The position numbers were made by a program, and so were the translations under genes. DNA of 64,000 nt from Candidatus Anderseniibacteriota bacterium. GTDB lineage: Bacteria; Patescibacteriota; Andersenbacteria; UBA10190. Position 1 is the stretch's first letter, and each line of letters begins with the position of its first letter. The stretch spans positions 300,365-364,364 of the forward strand of contig JAIOOW010000003.1 of assembly GCA_021414205.1 (NCBI GenBank). Direction: 5' to 3'. Below the pieces are notes generated by a model that made no database searches, was not told the DNA's origin, and worked only from the letters and a program-made list of their open reading frames with translations. Below are positions 18,678 to 27,542 of this stretch, piece after piece.

Positions 18678-19295
18678 CTAGGTGTTCAGTACGTGAGTGT
18701 ATTTCGTGAGGTTATGCAACTGCTTGTCGTTCAAATTTTTCGCTGACTCTACTGCCTGCTTGATGAGTTCGAATGAGATAGTTTCTTGAGATCCAACCGT
18801 TACTGGCTGCTTCGCGAGGTGCTTTCGAACGTAGTCTTCAATGTAGATTCTGTGTTCATTCGTTACTTGGTATCCGGCGTCGTTGCTTGCAAGGTATCGA
18901 GTAGCTGCTTTTCTGGATAATGTCGTTAAGCTATCTCCCTTTACCGCTGTTTCAATGTACGCTGAATCCGTTTTCTTTTCCTCTGGGAGAGCCTTGCTCT
19001 GATCCATGAGCGTATTCTTATCGATCGGAGCTATCGGGGTTACTGCTGCTGTTGCTCCTCCTGTTACCTTGCCATCCTTTGCTATAGGTGATGTACTTGC
19101 TGTCGGTTGTGTGGATGCTTCTGGTGTAGGTGTTGCCGTTTCAATCGCTACTTGCTTTTGGTTATTTCCTGAAAATGCGTAGATTGCTGCGATTACGATC
19201 ACTACGATAATAATTGCAGAAACGGTACGTGGGGATTCTTTCATACGCTCGACGAATCCGCTTACTTTATTTTCTTCTTGTGGTTCGTATTCCAT
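18678..19295 (-). CDS. membrane-anchored hypothetical protein with possible LysM-like segment
   Basis: Single TM (AIIIVVIVIAAIYAF), Thr/Pro/Ala-rich linker. Weak LysM-like stretch (YIETAVKGDSLTTLSRKA). AGGAGGTG RBS. Confidence 0.5.
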   Translation of the reverse strand: MEYEPQEENKVSGFVERMKESPRTVSAIIIVVIVIAAIYAFSGNNQKQVAIETATPTPEASTQPTASTSPIAKDGKVTGGATAAVTPIAPIDKNTLMDQSKALPEEKKTDSAYIETAVKGDSLTTLSRKAATRYLASNDAGYQVTNEHRIYIEDYVRKHLAKQPVTVGSQETISFELIKQAVESAKNLNDKQLHNLTKYTHVLNT

Positions 19296-19383
19296 AAGTG
19301 TGTTTCACCTCCTGTATAGTTAATAGTTAATCCCCCTCAATGTCTTATACTGTAAACTGTTCTCGCGAACAATTCTAGGCAAG

Positions 19384-20151
19384 TCAATGTGGATAACCGG
19401 AAATAATTTTTGGAAATATAACAACGGCATTCCATATTCTCGCAATTCTTTTCGGTTCTAGTATCAAGCGCCATAGCCATTCAAGATGCGCTGTACGCAT
19501 CCATTTTGGCGCGCGAGGTAATCTGCCTGATATCATAGCAAACGCCCCGCCTACGCCGATTGCAATGCGAATGCCGGCTTGCTCTAGTTGTGTTCTACGT
19601 CCTTCTACCCAAAGCGTTTGTTTTGGAGCTCCGAGCGCGACGAAGATGGCTGCTGGGTTAGTTTGTAGCTCATAGCTTGTAGTTTCTAGAAAGCTATCGT
19701 CGAGTGGAATAACTTCTAGATTTTGATATTTTTCTTTCAGTATTTCTGCTGTTTTGTTTTTGTCGCTCTCTTCCCCGCCGATCAAATATGCGATGCCGTG
19801 TTGTTGTGCCAAGTTCTCGCAAATTAGAAATATGCTATCAACGCCCGTTAGAGGCTGTTCTTTTGTAAGGAAGAAAGAAAGCAGGCTGGTTTTACTACGG
19901 GCATACTGCCTTGCCCACAGTATTCCTGCGCTATCTGGAATGATTAGTTCTGCGTGCTGGATTGCTGTTTTAAATACATTATCTTTTTGGGCGAGCACAA
20001 TCATTTCTGCGTTCAGCGTAATAATATGGGTTAATACATTGTCCTGTAGGGCGTCTTTTGTCGTTTGGGCGTATGCAGGCTGGGATAAAAAATCGCACGG
20101 TACTCCCGCGATATATTCACGGTGTGACGGGGATTGTTTCGATGACTGCAT
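19384..20151 (-). CDS. tagA: WecB/TagA/CpsF family glycosyltransferase
   Basis: VALGAPKQTLW..IGVGGAF..RAPKWMRTAHLEWLWRLILEPKR matches the TagA/WecG consensus. Confidence 0.8.
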   Translation of the reverse strand: MQSSKQSPSHREYIAGVPCDFLSQPAYAQTTKDALQDNVLTHIITLNAEMIVLAQKDNVFKTAIQHAELIIPDSAGILWARQYARSKTSLLSFFLTKEQPLTGVDSIFLICENLAQQHGIAYLIGGEESDKNKTAEILKEKYQNLEVIPLDDSFLETTSYELQTNPAAIFVALGAPKQTLWVEGRRTQLEQAGIRIAIGVGGAFAMISGRLPRAPKWMRTAHLEWLWRLILEPKRIARIWNAVVIFPKIISGYPH

Positions 20152-20641
20152 AGTCTTGGTGTATCACGAGCTCAGATAAGCTGAATTTTGTTTTTACTGG
20201 GGTGTCCGGAATGGAGAGCGGCTGTGTTTCTGATTGTATATTCCCTATATGAATATGAGGAATGAATTCTTGTGTAGCATCCTCGGACAAGCCTATTCTA
20301 GACTCTTCTATACGTCGCAGGAGTTCTTTTCGTATCGTATGTAAAAACGATTGGTCTTGCGCGTATGCCCACAGCTCGTTTCCTGACTTGCCAAGGCCGA
20401 TCGATAAAATATTTATAACAGGATGAAACGATTGCCGAATTGGCTGATTTAAAGTGGCGAGTTGCTCTGAGGTTAGTGTTGTATGGCTAAGCGTTGCTAT
20501 TTCACACATCCAATGCTCCTGAGGGACGCTCGTTTCGAGTACGTCCTGATATGCTCTCATAGCATCGCGAATGGGAGCGATAGCCTGCGTCGGTATTTTA
20601 AACGCGATACAAACGGTCATATATGCGTTAAGAATACGCAC
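20117..20641 (-). CDS. 2H phosphoesterase (LigT/ThpR-like RNA 2',3'-cyclic phosphodiesterase)
   Basis: Two H-x-T/H-x motifs (SHTTL and PHIHIG) about 90 aa apart; size about 175 aa; GTG start. Confidence 0.5.
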   Translation of the reverse strand: MRILNAYMTVCIAFKIPTQAIAPIRDAMRAYQDVLETSVPQEHWMCEIATLSHTTLTSEQLATLNQPIRQSFHPVINILSIGLGKSGNELWAYAQDQSFLHTIRKELLRRIEESRIGLSEDATQEFIPHIHIGNIQSETQPLSIPDTPVKTKFSLSELVIHQDYAVIETIPVTP

Positions 20642-20653
20642 ATTGCGTTATTT

Positions 20654-21199
20654 ATGCCAGAACGTACTGTAAAGAATATGAGTGGTCTGTATTCTAAAAT
20701 CGCAAAGCAATCCGCGGAGTACTATGCCAAAACTGGCGAATATTTGGCGCTATCTATACAGCTGCCTCAAGAGCTGCTCCGACAAAAGGCATGTTATGTC
20801 GTTATCGGAGAGGAGCCTGGGCATCACATACGTTCAATATACGGAAGCCCCCTTCCTAATACGCCAAATTTGGCGCAAGAGATAATCCGCAATACGGTTA
20901 ACGCTATTATTCAGCAAGGCGTGCAAATTCGCCCGGCGGATGCGGCGCGCTATACGTATACCGTGGGCGTATTAGGATTCATGGAACGAATTACCAGTAG
21001 AGAGCATTTAATGCCGTTGGTATATGGTCTGTATATCCGTTCCGATATGAACAAGTCCGCAGTATTATTACCCAGAAGAGTCGGCATAGAAACTCCAGAT
21101 GAGCAGATTGCCACCGCTATCCGTGAAGCGAGGATCGATCCGCATCATGAAGTGGTGACGATGTATCGCTTCCCTGTGATGTTTTATGGCGGGCAATAA
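20654..21199 (+). CDS. AMMECR1-like protein
   Basis: Architecture matches the AMMECR1 fold (AEYYAKTGEYL..LPQEL..; ..SAVLLPRRVGIETPDEQIATAIREARIDP), but the canonical LRGCIG motif is not conserved. Confidence 0.45.
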   Translation: MPERTVKNMSGLYSKIAKQSAEYYAKTGEYLALSIQLPQELLRQKACYVVIGEEPGHHIRSIYGSPLPNTPNLAQEIIRNTVNAIIQQGVQIRPADAARYTYTVGVLGFMERITSREHLMPLVYGLYIRSDMNKSAVLLPRRVGIETPDEQIATAIREARIDPHHEVVTMYRFPVMFYGGQ

Positions 21200-22796
21200 A
21201 AAAGTTAGATATGTTGCAGTTGCTCCGTGTGTTCCGTTAGGAAGACGCGGGCAAGATTCGTATACGTATTATGTTTCGTCAGAGGATGAGATAGATTTGG
21301 GCTATGTTGTGAAAATTCCATTTGGTAAGAGATCTATTATGGGTGTAGTTACTGCGCTTGATTTGCAACGTCCGAGTTATCCGACAAAACAAATAAAGAC
21401 TATAACAGCCGTTCAGCTTACCGATACCCAAATGCAGTTTGCGCAATGGCTATCTGATGCATGCCATGGCGGATTCGGGTTTACTGCGCGCCTATTCCTT
21501 CCAGGGTCGTTTACAAAGCTTGCAAGCAGCGCACGTATTCCTGTGAAAAAAAAGAAAGAAGGAAAGCCTATGGTCATTATAGAAAAAAATTCTGTTTTAC
21601 GACTCGAGGTAATCGCCCAGTATGCGCGCAAGCATTCGTCAGCTGGCGGACAAGTGCTTATTTTGGTTCCGGAAGTTGCAATGCTGTCTGTATACGAAAA
21701 ACTGTTTGCACCTGAAATACGCAACAGCACTGCAATGACATATCATGCAGGATTGCTGCAATCCGAGAAAAAAAGCGTATGGCAAGCAGTCGAATCTTCG
21801 GATTGCAGAATAATAATTGGAACGCAAAAGGCATTGTTCTTGCCGTTTTATAATCTTACAAGTGTCGTTGTAGATGAAGAGCAATCGGATAGCTACAAGC
21901 TTTGGGATCAGTATCCGCGCTTGCATACGGTTGCGGGCGCGCAACTGTTGGCGCACATCTCTCATGCTTCCCTGCTATATGCTACGGCCTACCCATCGTT
22001 ATTTCTTCGCCACGCAATTGCAGAAAACACATGCGAGGTTATAGTAGACAATCCTGTAATTCCAAAAACACATATCTATCCATTTTCGTTTGAAGATAGA
22101 AAGTGGAAACGAGCTATTCCTGAAGAGCTCGGCAATAAAGCGCGAACATGGGCACGGTCCGGAAAGCATGTCTTGATCCTGTTCAATAAAAAAGATGATG
22201 TTGAGTTGAAAAAAAGCTTATTCAGAAAGCTTTCTGCGATTGCAAAAAAACATATGCATATCGGGACGGTCGGTATACTTACTCATCCTCCGCGCACTCA
22301 GTTTGATTATGTTGTATGGCTATTCCCGGAATGGACGCTTCGCGCAATTGATTATCGTTCTGCTGAGCGGGCGAAAATAATGTCTGCCAGGTTAGCGGAA
22401 TTTACGAAGAATGCAGATGTATATATAGGATCCAGGTATGCGGATATAGCAAAAGATTTGTTCGGGGTGCCTGAGAAAGCATGGGGGGAAAAAGCGCTCA
22501 AGCAGCGAAAGCGATTTCACTTGCCTCCTTATTCCCAACTTGTTCGCCTGACTGTTCGCGATAAAACGAATGCAAAAGCATATGGGCGGGCATTGGACAT
22601 GCGTGGCGTGTTTGACGGCGCTATAAAAAAGAAAAAAGATATAACCGTTTACGGTCCGTACCAAGAGCTAGGCGCCAAGAAAAAGCAAATATCCGATTAT
22701 CACCTTCTTCTATCTGGCGATATAAAAAAACTTATTCCCTTATATAAGAAATTACCTGTGGATGCTGCAGATGTGATGCCATATAGAGTGGTGTAA
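21186..22796 (+). CDS. priA: primosomal protein N' (PriA)-like, divergent (no Walker A or Zn-finger evident)
   Basis: PriA N-terminal 3'-DNA-binding region (VAVAPCVPLGRRGQDSYTYYV..VKIPFGKRSIMGVV). Helicase motif II-like VVVDEEQSDSYK (DEEQ instead of DEEH). No GxGKT and no CxxC pairs. Confidence 0.65.
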   Translation: MAGNKKVRYVAVAPCVPLGRRGQDSYTYYVSSEDEIDLGYVVKIPFGKRSIMGVVTALDLQRPSYPTKQIKTITAVQLTDTQMQFAQWLSDACHGGFGFTARLFLPGSFTKLASSARIPVKKKKEGKPMVIIEKNSVLRLEVIAQYARKHSSAGGQVLILVPEVAMLSVYEKLFAPEIRNSTAMTYHAGLLQSEKKSVWQAVESSDCRIIIGTQKALFLPFYNLTSVVVDEEQSDSYKLWDQYPRLHTVAGAQLLAHISHASLLYATAYPSLFLRHAIAENTCEVIVDNPVIPKTHIYPFSFEDRKWKRAIPEELGNKARTWARSGKHVLILFNKKDDVELKKSLFRKLSAIAKKHMHIGTVGILTHPPRTQFDYVVWLFPEWTLRAIDYRSAERAKIMSARLAEFTKNADVYIGSRYADIAKDLFGVPEKAWGEKALKQRKRFHLPPYSQLVRLTVRDKTNAKAYGRALDMRGVFDGAIKKKKDITVYGPYQELGAKKKQISDYHLLLSGDIKKLIPLYKKLPVDAADVMPYRVV

Positions 22797-22844
22797 ATAA
22801 AAAAGCCCTCGGGATTGCTTGTCGCATATCCGGAGGGGTGAGGG

Positions 22845-23615
22845 TTAGTTGTCGGATGCTCCAGGTGGATTCGATAAAAGAAGCGTTGCAAGAAGCGATC
22901 CGAATATATCCATCGATTGGAGGGATCTGCCAAGGGCTCTGCGCATGTTTTGCAGCAATTCTTTTACCGACCATTGTTGCTGTTGGGCCGAAAGTGCGCA
23001 TCTTGAGTATACGGTCGCCCATGCCTCAAGGAATGATCGTTGTTCTGAAATCATTCCTCTGCAAATCTCCGCGATGTCCTCTCCGTATTCATCAATTGAT
23101 GGAAGTGCCTCGTTATTTGGTGAGTAAGGAATTCTTGGCGGGAGCGAGATGTGTGTAAATGCGGGAGGCAGAAGTCTGGTTAGTTTTCTTATTTTTCTCA
23201 CCACTTCTTTCCAAGCTACTGAATACCAATTTATCCAGTCCTCAGGACGGCATAAGTCGTCCTCTAGGAAAGTGAACGTGGCATGCGCTTCTCCCCACAT
23301 TTTGCCTCCGCTCAGTTCGTATCTGCCAATCCAGTAGGATTGGTCATCGAACTGAGCGTGGAATCGGTATGCAATTGGCTCTGCGTGATAAGGCGGATTC
23401 CCGATATATTCTTTGATAAAGCCTCTTCCTTGCTCGGGATGATCAGTGATTGCTGATAGTTTTGCTAATCCATTTTCGTCAATCATGAAGCCTCTGTATT
23501 GTGCTCCTGCGCATTCGCGGAACAATATTCCTTGATACCAGTATCCTTGGATTCCTTTCGCGGGACAAAGTTGAAAGTACAGTCCGGTAATCTGGATTAC
23601 GTTGCCAGTAATCAT
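22845..23615 (-). CDS. hypothetical protein containing a GNPPY motif
   Basis: AGGA RBS 9 nt before ATG (MITGNVIQ). IGNPPYHAE resembles motif IV of amino-methyltransferases, but no SAM-binding GxGxG is seen. Confidence 0.5.
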   Translation of the reverse strand: MITGNVIQITGLYFQLCPAKGIQGYWYQGILFRECAGAQYRGFMIDENGLAKLSAITDHPEQGRGFIKEYIGNPPYHAEPIAYRFHAQFDDQSYWIGRYELSGGKMWGEAHATFTFLEDDLCRPEDWINWYSVAWKEVVRKIRKLTRLLPPAFTHISLPPRIPYSPNNEALPSIDEYGEDIAEICRGMISEQRSFLEAWATVYSRCALSAQQQQWSVKELLQNMRRALGRSLQSMDIFGSLLATLLLSNPPGASDN

Positions 23616-23694
23616 TTTACGGTTCCTGAAAAGGTGGTGTGTTGGCTGAACGGCGTTGTCTAAAATTAATGCTTTGTACGCTTTTTGTCCAGTT

Positions 23695-24732
23695 CTATAG
23701 AACAACTATTGGCTCGAGCTGTAATTGAATTTTAAATTGTTTCTGCACTGCGGTTTGGATGTGTTTTGAAAAATCTAGCAGCTCTTGTGTTGTCCCCCCA
23801 CGATTTACTAACGCTAGGCTGTGGTTTTCTGAAATGCCAACATTTCCTTGTCTCATGCCTTTCGAGAATCCAGAATGCTCGATAAGCCATCCAGCAGATA
23901 ATTTCACGCAATTATTTTTTTCAGGAAAATTTGGAATGTCGCTTTGAGCGAGTGTGAGATTTGCAACAAATTCCTCGGTGCTAATAATGGGATTTGTAAA
24001 AAATGAACCGCACGAAACGCTATTCGGGTCTTGTGGATCTATCAACATTGATTTCTTTTTACGCAAAGCGAGTACGGCATTGCGAACTTGCTGCAGCCCC
24101 TCTTTGCCCGGTTGAATTGTTGTGCCGACGGTAGATGCTAATTCTGGATATTTTATTTCTCGAGCTTTGTTGATTTTAAGCTCAAACGCTACGGCCGTAA
24201 TAATATACTTGTCCTTGTCTTCTGCTCTAAATCTGCTTGTGCGATATCCAAAGTTGCATTCTGAATTTGAAAATTCGACTTGCTCAAGGGTATCTCTATT
24301 AATAGCAAAAACTGATTTGATAGTTTGCGAAACATCTTGGCCGTATGCGCCTACATTTTGAAATGGCGTTCCACCTACAGAGCCTGGAATGCCAGATAAA
24401 CACTCGATGCCCGCTGCATTATGGCTAATTGCATATTGCACAACATTGTCCCAATCCTCCCCTGCTTGGGTGGTCAGAATAAAATCATCGCCTTGTTGTT
24501 CGTGAGTAATTCCCGATGTCTGAATATGAATAATAAGCCCGGAAAATCCTGCATCTGCAAAAATCGTATTACTTCCGCCGCCCAACACGTGTATGGGGAT
24601 GTTTTTTTCTTTTGCGTATTGTAACGCAGAAATAATATCTTGATTTGTGTCGCAAGAAATATATTCTTGCGCAGGCCCGCCAAGTTGAATTGTTGTTAGC
24701 GGAGCAAGTTGAATATTTGTTTGGATATTCAT
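23695..24732 (-). CDS. murB: UDP-N-acetylenolpyruvoylglucosamine reductase
   Basis: FAD-binding N-terminus (IHVLGGGSNTIFAD) and MurB C-terminal domain. Confidence 0.9.
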   Translation of the reverse strand: MNIQTNIQLAPLTTIQLGGPAQEYISCDTNQDIISALQYAKEKNIPIHVLGGGSNTIFADAGFSGLIIHIQTSGITHEQQGDDFILTTQAGEDWDNVVQYAISHNAAGIECLSGIPGSVGGTPFQNVGAYGQDVSQTIKSVFAINRDTLEQVEFSNSECNFGYRTSRFRAEDKDKYIITAVAFELKINKAREIKYPELASTVGTTIQPGKEGLQQVRNAVLALRKKKSMLIDPQDPNSVSCGSFFTNPIISTEEFVANLTLAQSDIPNFPEKNNCVKLSAGWLIEHSGFSKGMRQGNVGISENHSLALVNRGGTTQELLDFSKHIQTAVQKQFKIQLQLEPIVVL

Positions 24733-24769
24733 AGAGTAACTATGTTCGAAAGCTGGTATTTATGCAAAG

Positions 24770-24813
24770 AAAAAACCCGCTGGAATGATGTATTTCTACA
24801 CTATTCCAACGGG
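24770..24813 (-). terminator. Rho-independent terminator on minus strand
   Basis: CCCGCTGGAAT..ATTCCAACGGG stem (one mismatch); on the minus strand it is followed by UUUUUUCUUU. Confidence 0.45.
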
Positions 24814-24861
24814 CTACCGCGATTGATAGCATTGAGGGAGTTTGCTGATCAATCAACGATT

Positions 24862-25263
24862 TCAGCGATGGTGGTGATACCCGCCGCGGAATCCGCGAGC
24901 GCCATATGGTTGGTATCCGTATCCGCCGCCGTATCCATAGCCTCCGTAGCCCCTGTTTGAGAGTGCTACAATGGCGGCTGATGTTACGAGTGCTTGACCG
25001 ATTGGCATTGGTCGACCATAGCCTCCGTACCCCATGTTGCCGTAGCCGTATATGGGGCCTGGCGGAACGTATCCACCACTTCCGACATATACGCCGTTAG
25101 GGTACAAGACGCCGGTGACGGATCCATTCGGGCCGTACGATGCTTGCGGACTGGGTGTCCAAGCAGCAGCGCCGTAGCCGCCGAATTGTGCCTTCGCCTG
25201 CTGCGCACTTCCACACAAAATGATCCCAATGGCCATTACAAATAACAAGCTGCACCATCGCAT
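24862..25263 (-). CDS. secreted Gly/Tyr-rich low-complexity protein
   Basis: Signal peptide (MRWCSLLFVMAIGIILCGSAQQAKA). Mature part is dominated by GYG/GGY repeats and ends in GGYHHHR. Confidence 0.6.
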   Translation of the reverse strand: MRWCSLLFVMAIGIILCGSAQQAKAQFGGYGAAAWTPSPQASYGPNGSVTGVLYPNGVYVGSGGYVPPGPIYGYGNMGYGGYGRPMPIGQALVTSAAIVALSNRGYGGYGYGGGYGYQPYGARGFRGGYHHHR

Positions 25264-25365
25264 GATGTGTCTCCTAAAGACAACCTCTGCAAAGAACTTA
25301 TATAGCTACGACGTAGCTAACCGTTCGAAAATTGTACGCCTAATGATGGAAAATGTCAAATCTAT

Positions 25366-25992
25366 TTACCACCACCAGCCCAGGCTGTAGATGCGGTATC
25401 CTGCTCCGGACCATGACCATGGAGCACCAAAGGTGCTAAAGCCTGCGCCGTAATTACCTGTTGTAGTTACGTGGTTATACGTATTTCCTACAAGCATTGG
25501 AGAACCCGAGAACCCAGCACCATAGTTGCCTGTATATGCAATTGATCCAGTGCTGCCCGTATTAAAATCTGGGGCGCCATTAAATGCAGCACCATAGTTG
25601 CCCTTTTCAGCGCTTGAAGAAACAGTACTTGCATCAAAGTCTGCAGGGCCGGTAAACGCTGCGCCGTAATTATCTTTATTTGCTTTATTATCTACTGTCT
25701 TGGTAGAGAATGTAGGAGCTCCGGCAAACGCAGCACCGTAGTTACCTTGCGAAGATGCTTGCTTATTTGGCGTTGTTGCATGAGAAATAGCAGGTGCGCC
25801 GGCGAACCCAGCACCATAGTTTCCTTGATTTACATTGATTTGTGTCGTGGTGAACTCAGGATTGCTTGGAGACGGCCAAAACCCTGCTCCGTAGTCAGCC
25901 TCGCTCGCAAATGAAGCGTTTGGCAAAACAAGCGCAAGTGCGCTAAATACGCCAATTACGGCTATTTTTGACACTGTTAGGGCAATTTTCAT
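25366..25992 (-). CDS. secreted tandem-repeat protein (about 7 repeats of G-NYGA(A/G)F-xGAP, 24-28 aa period)
   Basis: Signal peptide (MKIALTVSKIAVIGVFSALALVLPNASFA). Repeats are each centred on NYGAGF/NYGAAF. C-terminus is SLGWWW. TTGACA-17-TATATT promoter-like sequence and an AGGAG just upstream. Confidence 0.65.
   Translation of the reverse strand: MKIALTVSKIAVIGVFSALALVLPNASFASEADYGAGFWPSPSNPEFTTTQINVNQGNYGAGFAGAPAISHATTPNKQASSQGNYGAAFAGAPTFSTKTVDNKANKDNYGAAFTGPADFDASTVSSSAEKGNYGAAFNGAPDFNTGSTGSIAYTGNYGAGFSGSPMLVGNTYNHVTTTGNYGAGFSTFGAPWSWSGAGYRIYSLGWWW
25392..25902. repeat. coding tandem repeats (about 75-85 nt period) within the NYGA-repeat gene
   Basis: Recurring ..ccgtagtt/ccatagtt.. 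segments on the forward strand correspond to the NYGA(A/G)F units. Confidence 0.5.
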
Positions 25993-26077
25993 AAATTCAA
26001 TATACTCCTATATTAAATATTTGTCAAGTACATTCGTACAAATAAAGAACACCCCATTTGGGCGCCTCTCATGTAAT

Positions 26078-26551
26078 TTATTGTCCCGTCGCAGGTGTTA
26101 TTTTTAAAGGCAAGTTGGTAATAATTCCGTCCGGGCGCAAAACCTGCATATTATATTGCCCTGGCTGAATAGTGGAGATGTTCCAACAGCAATACTCGTT
26201 TTTCCCAGGATCGAGCGTAATGGTATCTGGAGAAAGCGGAATAATATTAAGTTCCGTGTCGCGTATACGTACGCTTACAGTAACGGGACTTGTTACCCCG
26301 TCAGACGTAGTGCCCTGGAGCATGATTAAGTCTTTTGTGGTGTAGTCCGACTTCTGCTTGATTGGAGGATTTTTCTGAGTCGCAAATGATTCTCGCACCA
26401 CGGTTCCTATTCGTAAGTCAGAAAACACTGGGCCGTTGTATGCAGAATTTTGCACCGTCGGCGCTTGGAGCGGGCGTTGGAACGCATACCATACTCCCGC
26501 AATAAAGATGATGATTACAGTGATGATGATGGTGATAAGTTTCTTGTTCAT
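26078..26551 (-). CDS. membrane-anchored hypothetical protein (157 aa)
   Basis: N-terminal TM (LITIIITVIIIFIAGVWYAF), beta-rich extracytoplasmic remainder with a CC pair. Co-directional with the two secreted repeat proteins downstream. Confidence 0.55.
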   Translation of the reverse strand: MNKKLITIIITVIIIFIAGVWYAFQRPLQAPTVQNSAYNGPVFSDLRIGTVVRESFATQKNPPIKQKSDYTTKDLIMLQGTTSDGVTSPVTVSVRIRDTELNIIPLSPDTITLDPGKNEYCCWNISTIQPGQYNMQVLRPDGIITNLPLKITPATGQ

Positions 26552-26552
26552 A

Positions 26553-27542
26553 TTATTTTCTTTTTATTACTTTTTTCACGGCAGCTTCTATTGCTGGCGC
26601 ATCCATGCGATATTTTTTGAGGAGTTCATCAGGTGTTCCGGATTCGCCAAAGCTGTTGTGCATGCCGACGAACTCAATAGGCACCGGAACCGTTTGCGCT
26701 ACGACTTCCGCAATAGCACTCCCCACTCCGCCCATTATTTGATGTTCTTCAACAGTGACGATTGCCTTACACTTCTTTGCTGCTTTTTCGATTGCGTCAT
26801 GATCGATTGGTTTAATGCTTGGCATATTAATCACCTCGCAAGAAATTCCCTGTTTTTCTAATTCTGCAGCTGCTACTAACGCAGAGTGAATAATTGGTCC
26901 GGCACCGATAATGGCAACATCTGTCCCCTCCCTGAATATTTGAGCCTTACCGATTGCAAACGGAGTGTTTTCTGACGTGAATTTTGGCGTGGCATTTCTT
27001 CCCAGGCGGATATATACCGGACCTTTTGCAGTAATTGCCGCATGGATTGCTTTGCGCGCTTCCTCTGCATCGCACGGTACAAGCACTGTCATTCCTGGTA
27101 ATGTTCTAGTGAGCGCAATATCCTCCATCGCCTGGTGAGTCGCTCCATCAGGTCCTACAGAAATGCCTGCATGCGCGCCGATAAAAATAATATGAGCCTC
27201 GTTATAGCATGCGGAGATGCGTATTTGGTCCCAGTTTCTTCCTGGCGAAAATACGGCGTACGTTGCAACGAATGGAATTTTCCCATTGAGCGCCAAGCCC
27301 GTTGCAACCACCGCCATGTTTTGTTCTGCTACTCCCATTTCGATAAATCGATTTGGAAATGCGTCTTTAAATCCTTGGCTTCGCGTAGATTCTGTTAAGT
27401 CTGCGCACAGTACCACGACGCTTTCGTCTTTTTTCCCAGTTTCGACAACACCGATGCCGTATCCGTCTCGAGTTGCAGCCATGGGCACGTCTTTGTGCAA
27501 TGTTGATGGCGATAAATGTGCGTCTTTTGAAAAATTGCTCAT
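26553..27542 (-). CDS. tktB: transketolase, C-terminal (pyrimidine-binding) subunit
   Basis: FIEMGVAEQNMAVVATGLAL, HAGISVGPDGATHQ; start overlaps the stop of the transketolase N-terminal subunit gene. Confidence 0.9.
   Translation of the reverse strand: MSNFSKDAHLSPSTLHKDVPMAATRDGYGIGVVETGKKDESVVVLCADLTESTRSQGFKDAFPNRFIEMGVAEQNMAVVATGLALNGKIPFVATYAVFSPGRNWDQIRISACYNEAHIIFIGAHAGISVGPDGATHQAMEDIALTRTLPGMTVLVPCDAEEARKAIHAAITAKGPVYIRLGRNATPKFTSENTPFAIGKAQIFREGTDVAIIGAGPIIHSALVAAAELEKQGISCEVINMPSIKPIDHDAIEKAAKKCKAIVTVEEHQIMGGVGSAIAEVVAQTVPVPIEFVGMHNSFGESGTPDELLKKYRMDAPAIEAAVKKVIKRK

Noticed and set aside
25993-26077. TTGACA-17-TATATT promoter located downstream of an AGGAG upstream of the NYGA-repeat gene
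   Set aside because: Not rejected as a promoter, but the geometry (the -10 box only 12 nt from the ATG, RBS upstream of the -10) is ambiguous: either a leaderless-type start or the RBS serves a transcript from a farther promoter. It was therefore not listed as a separate feature.
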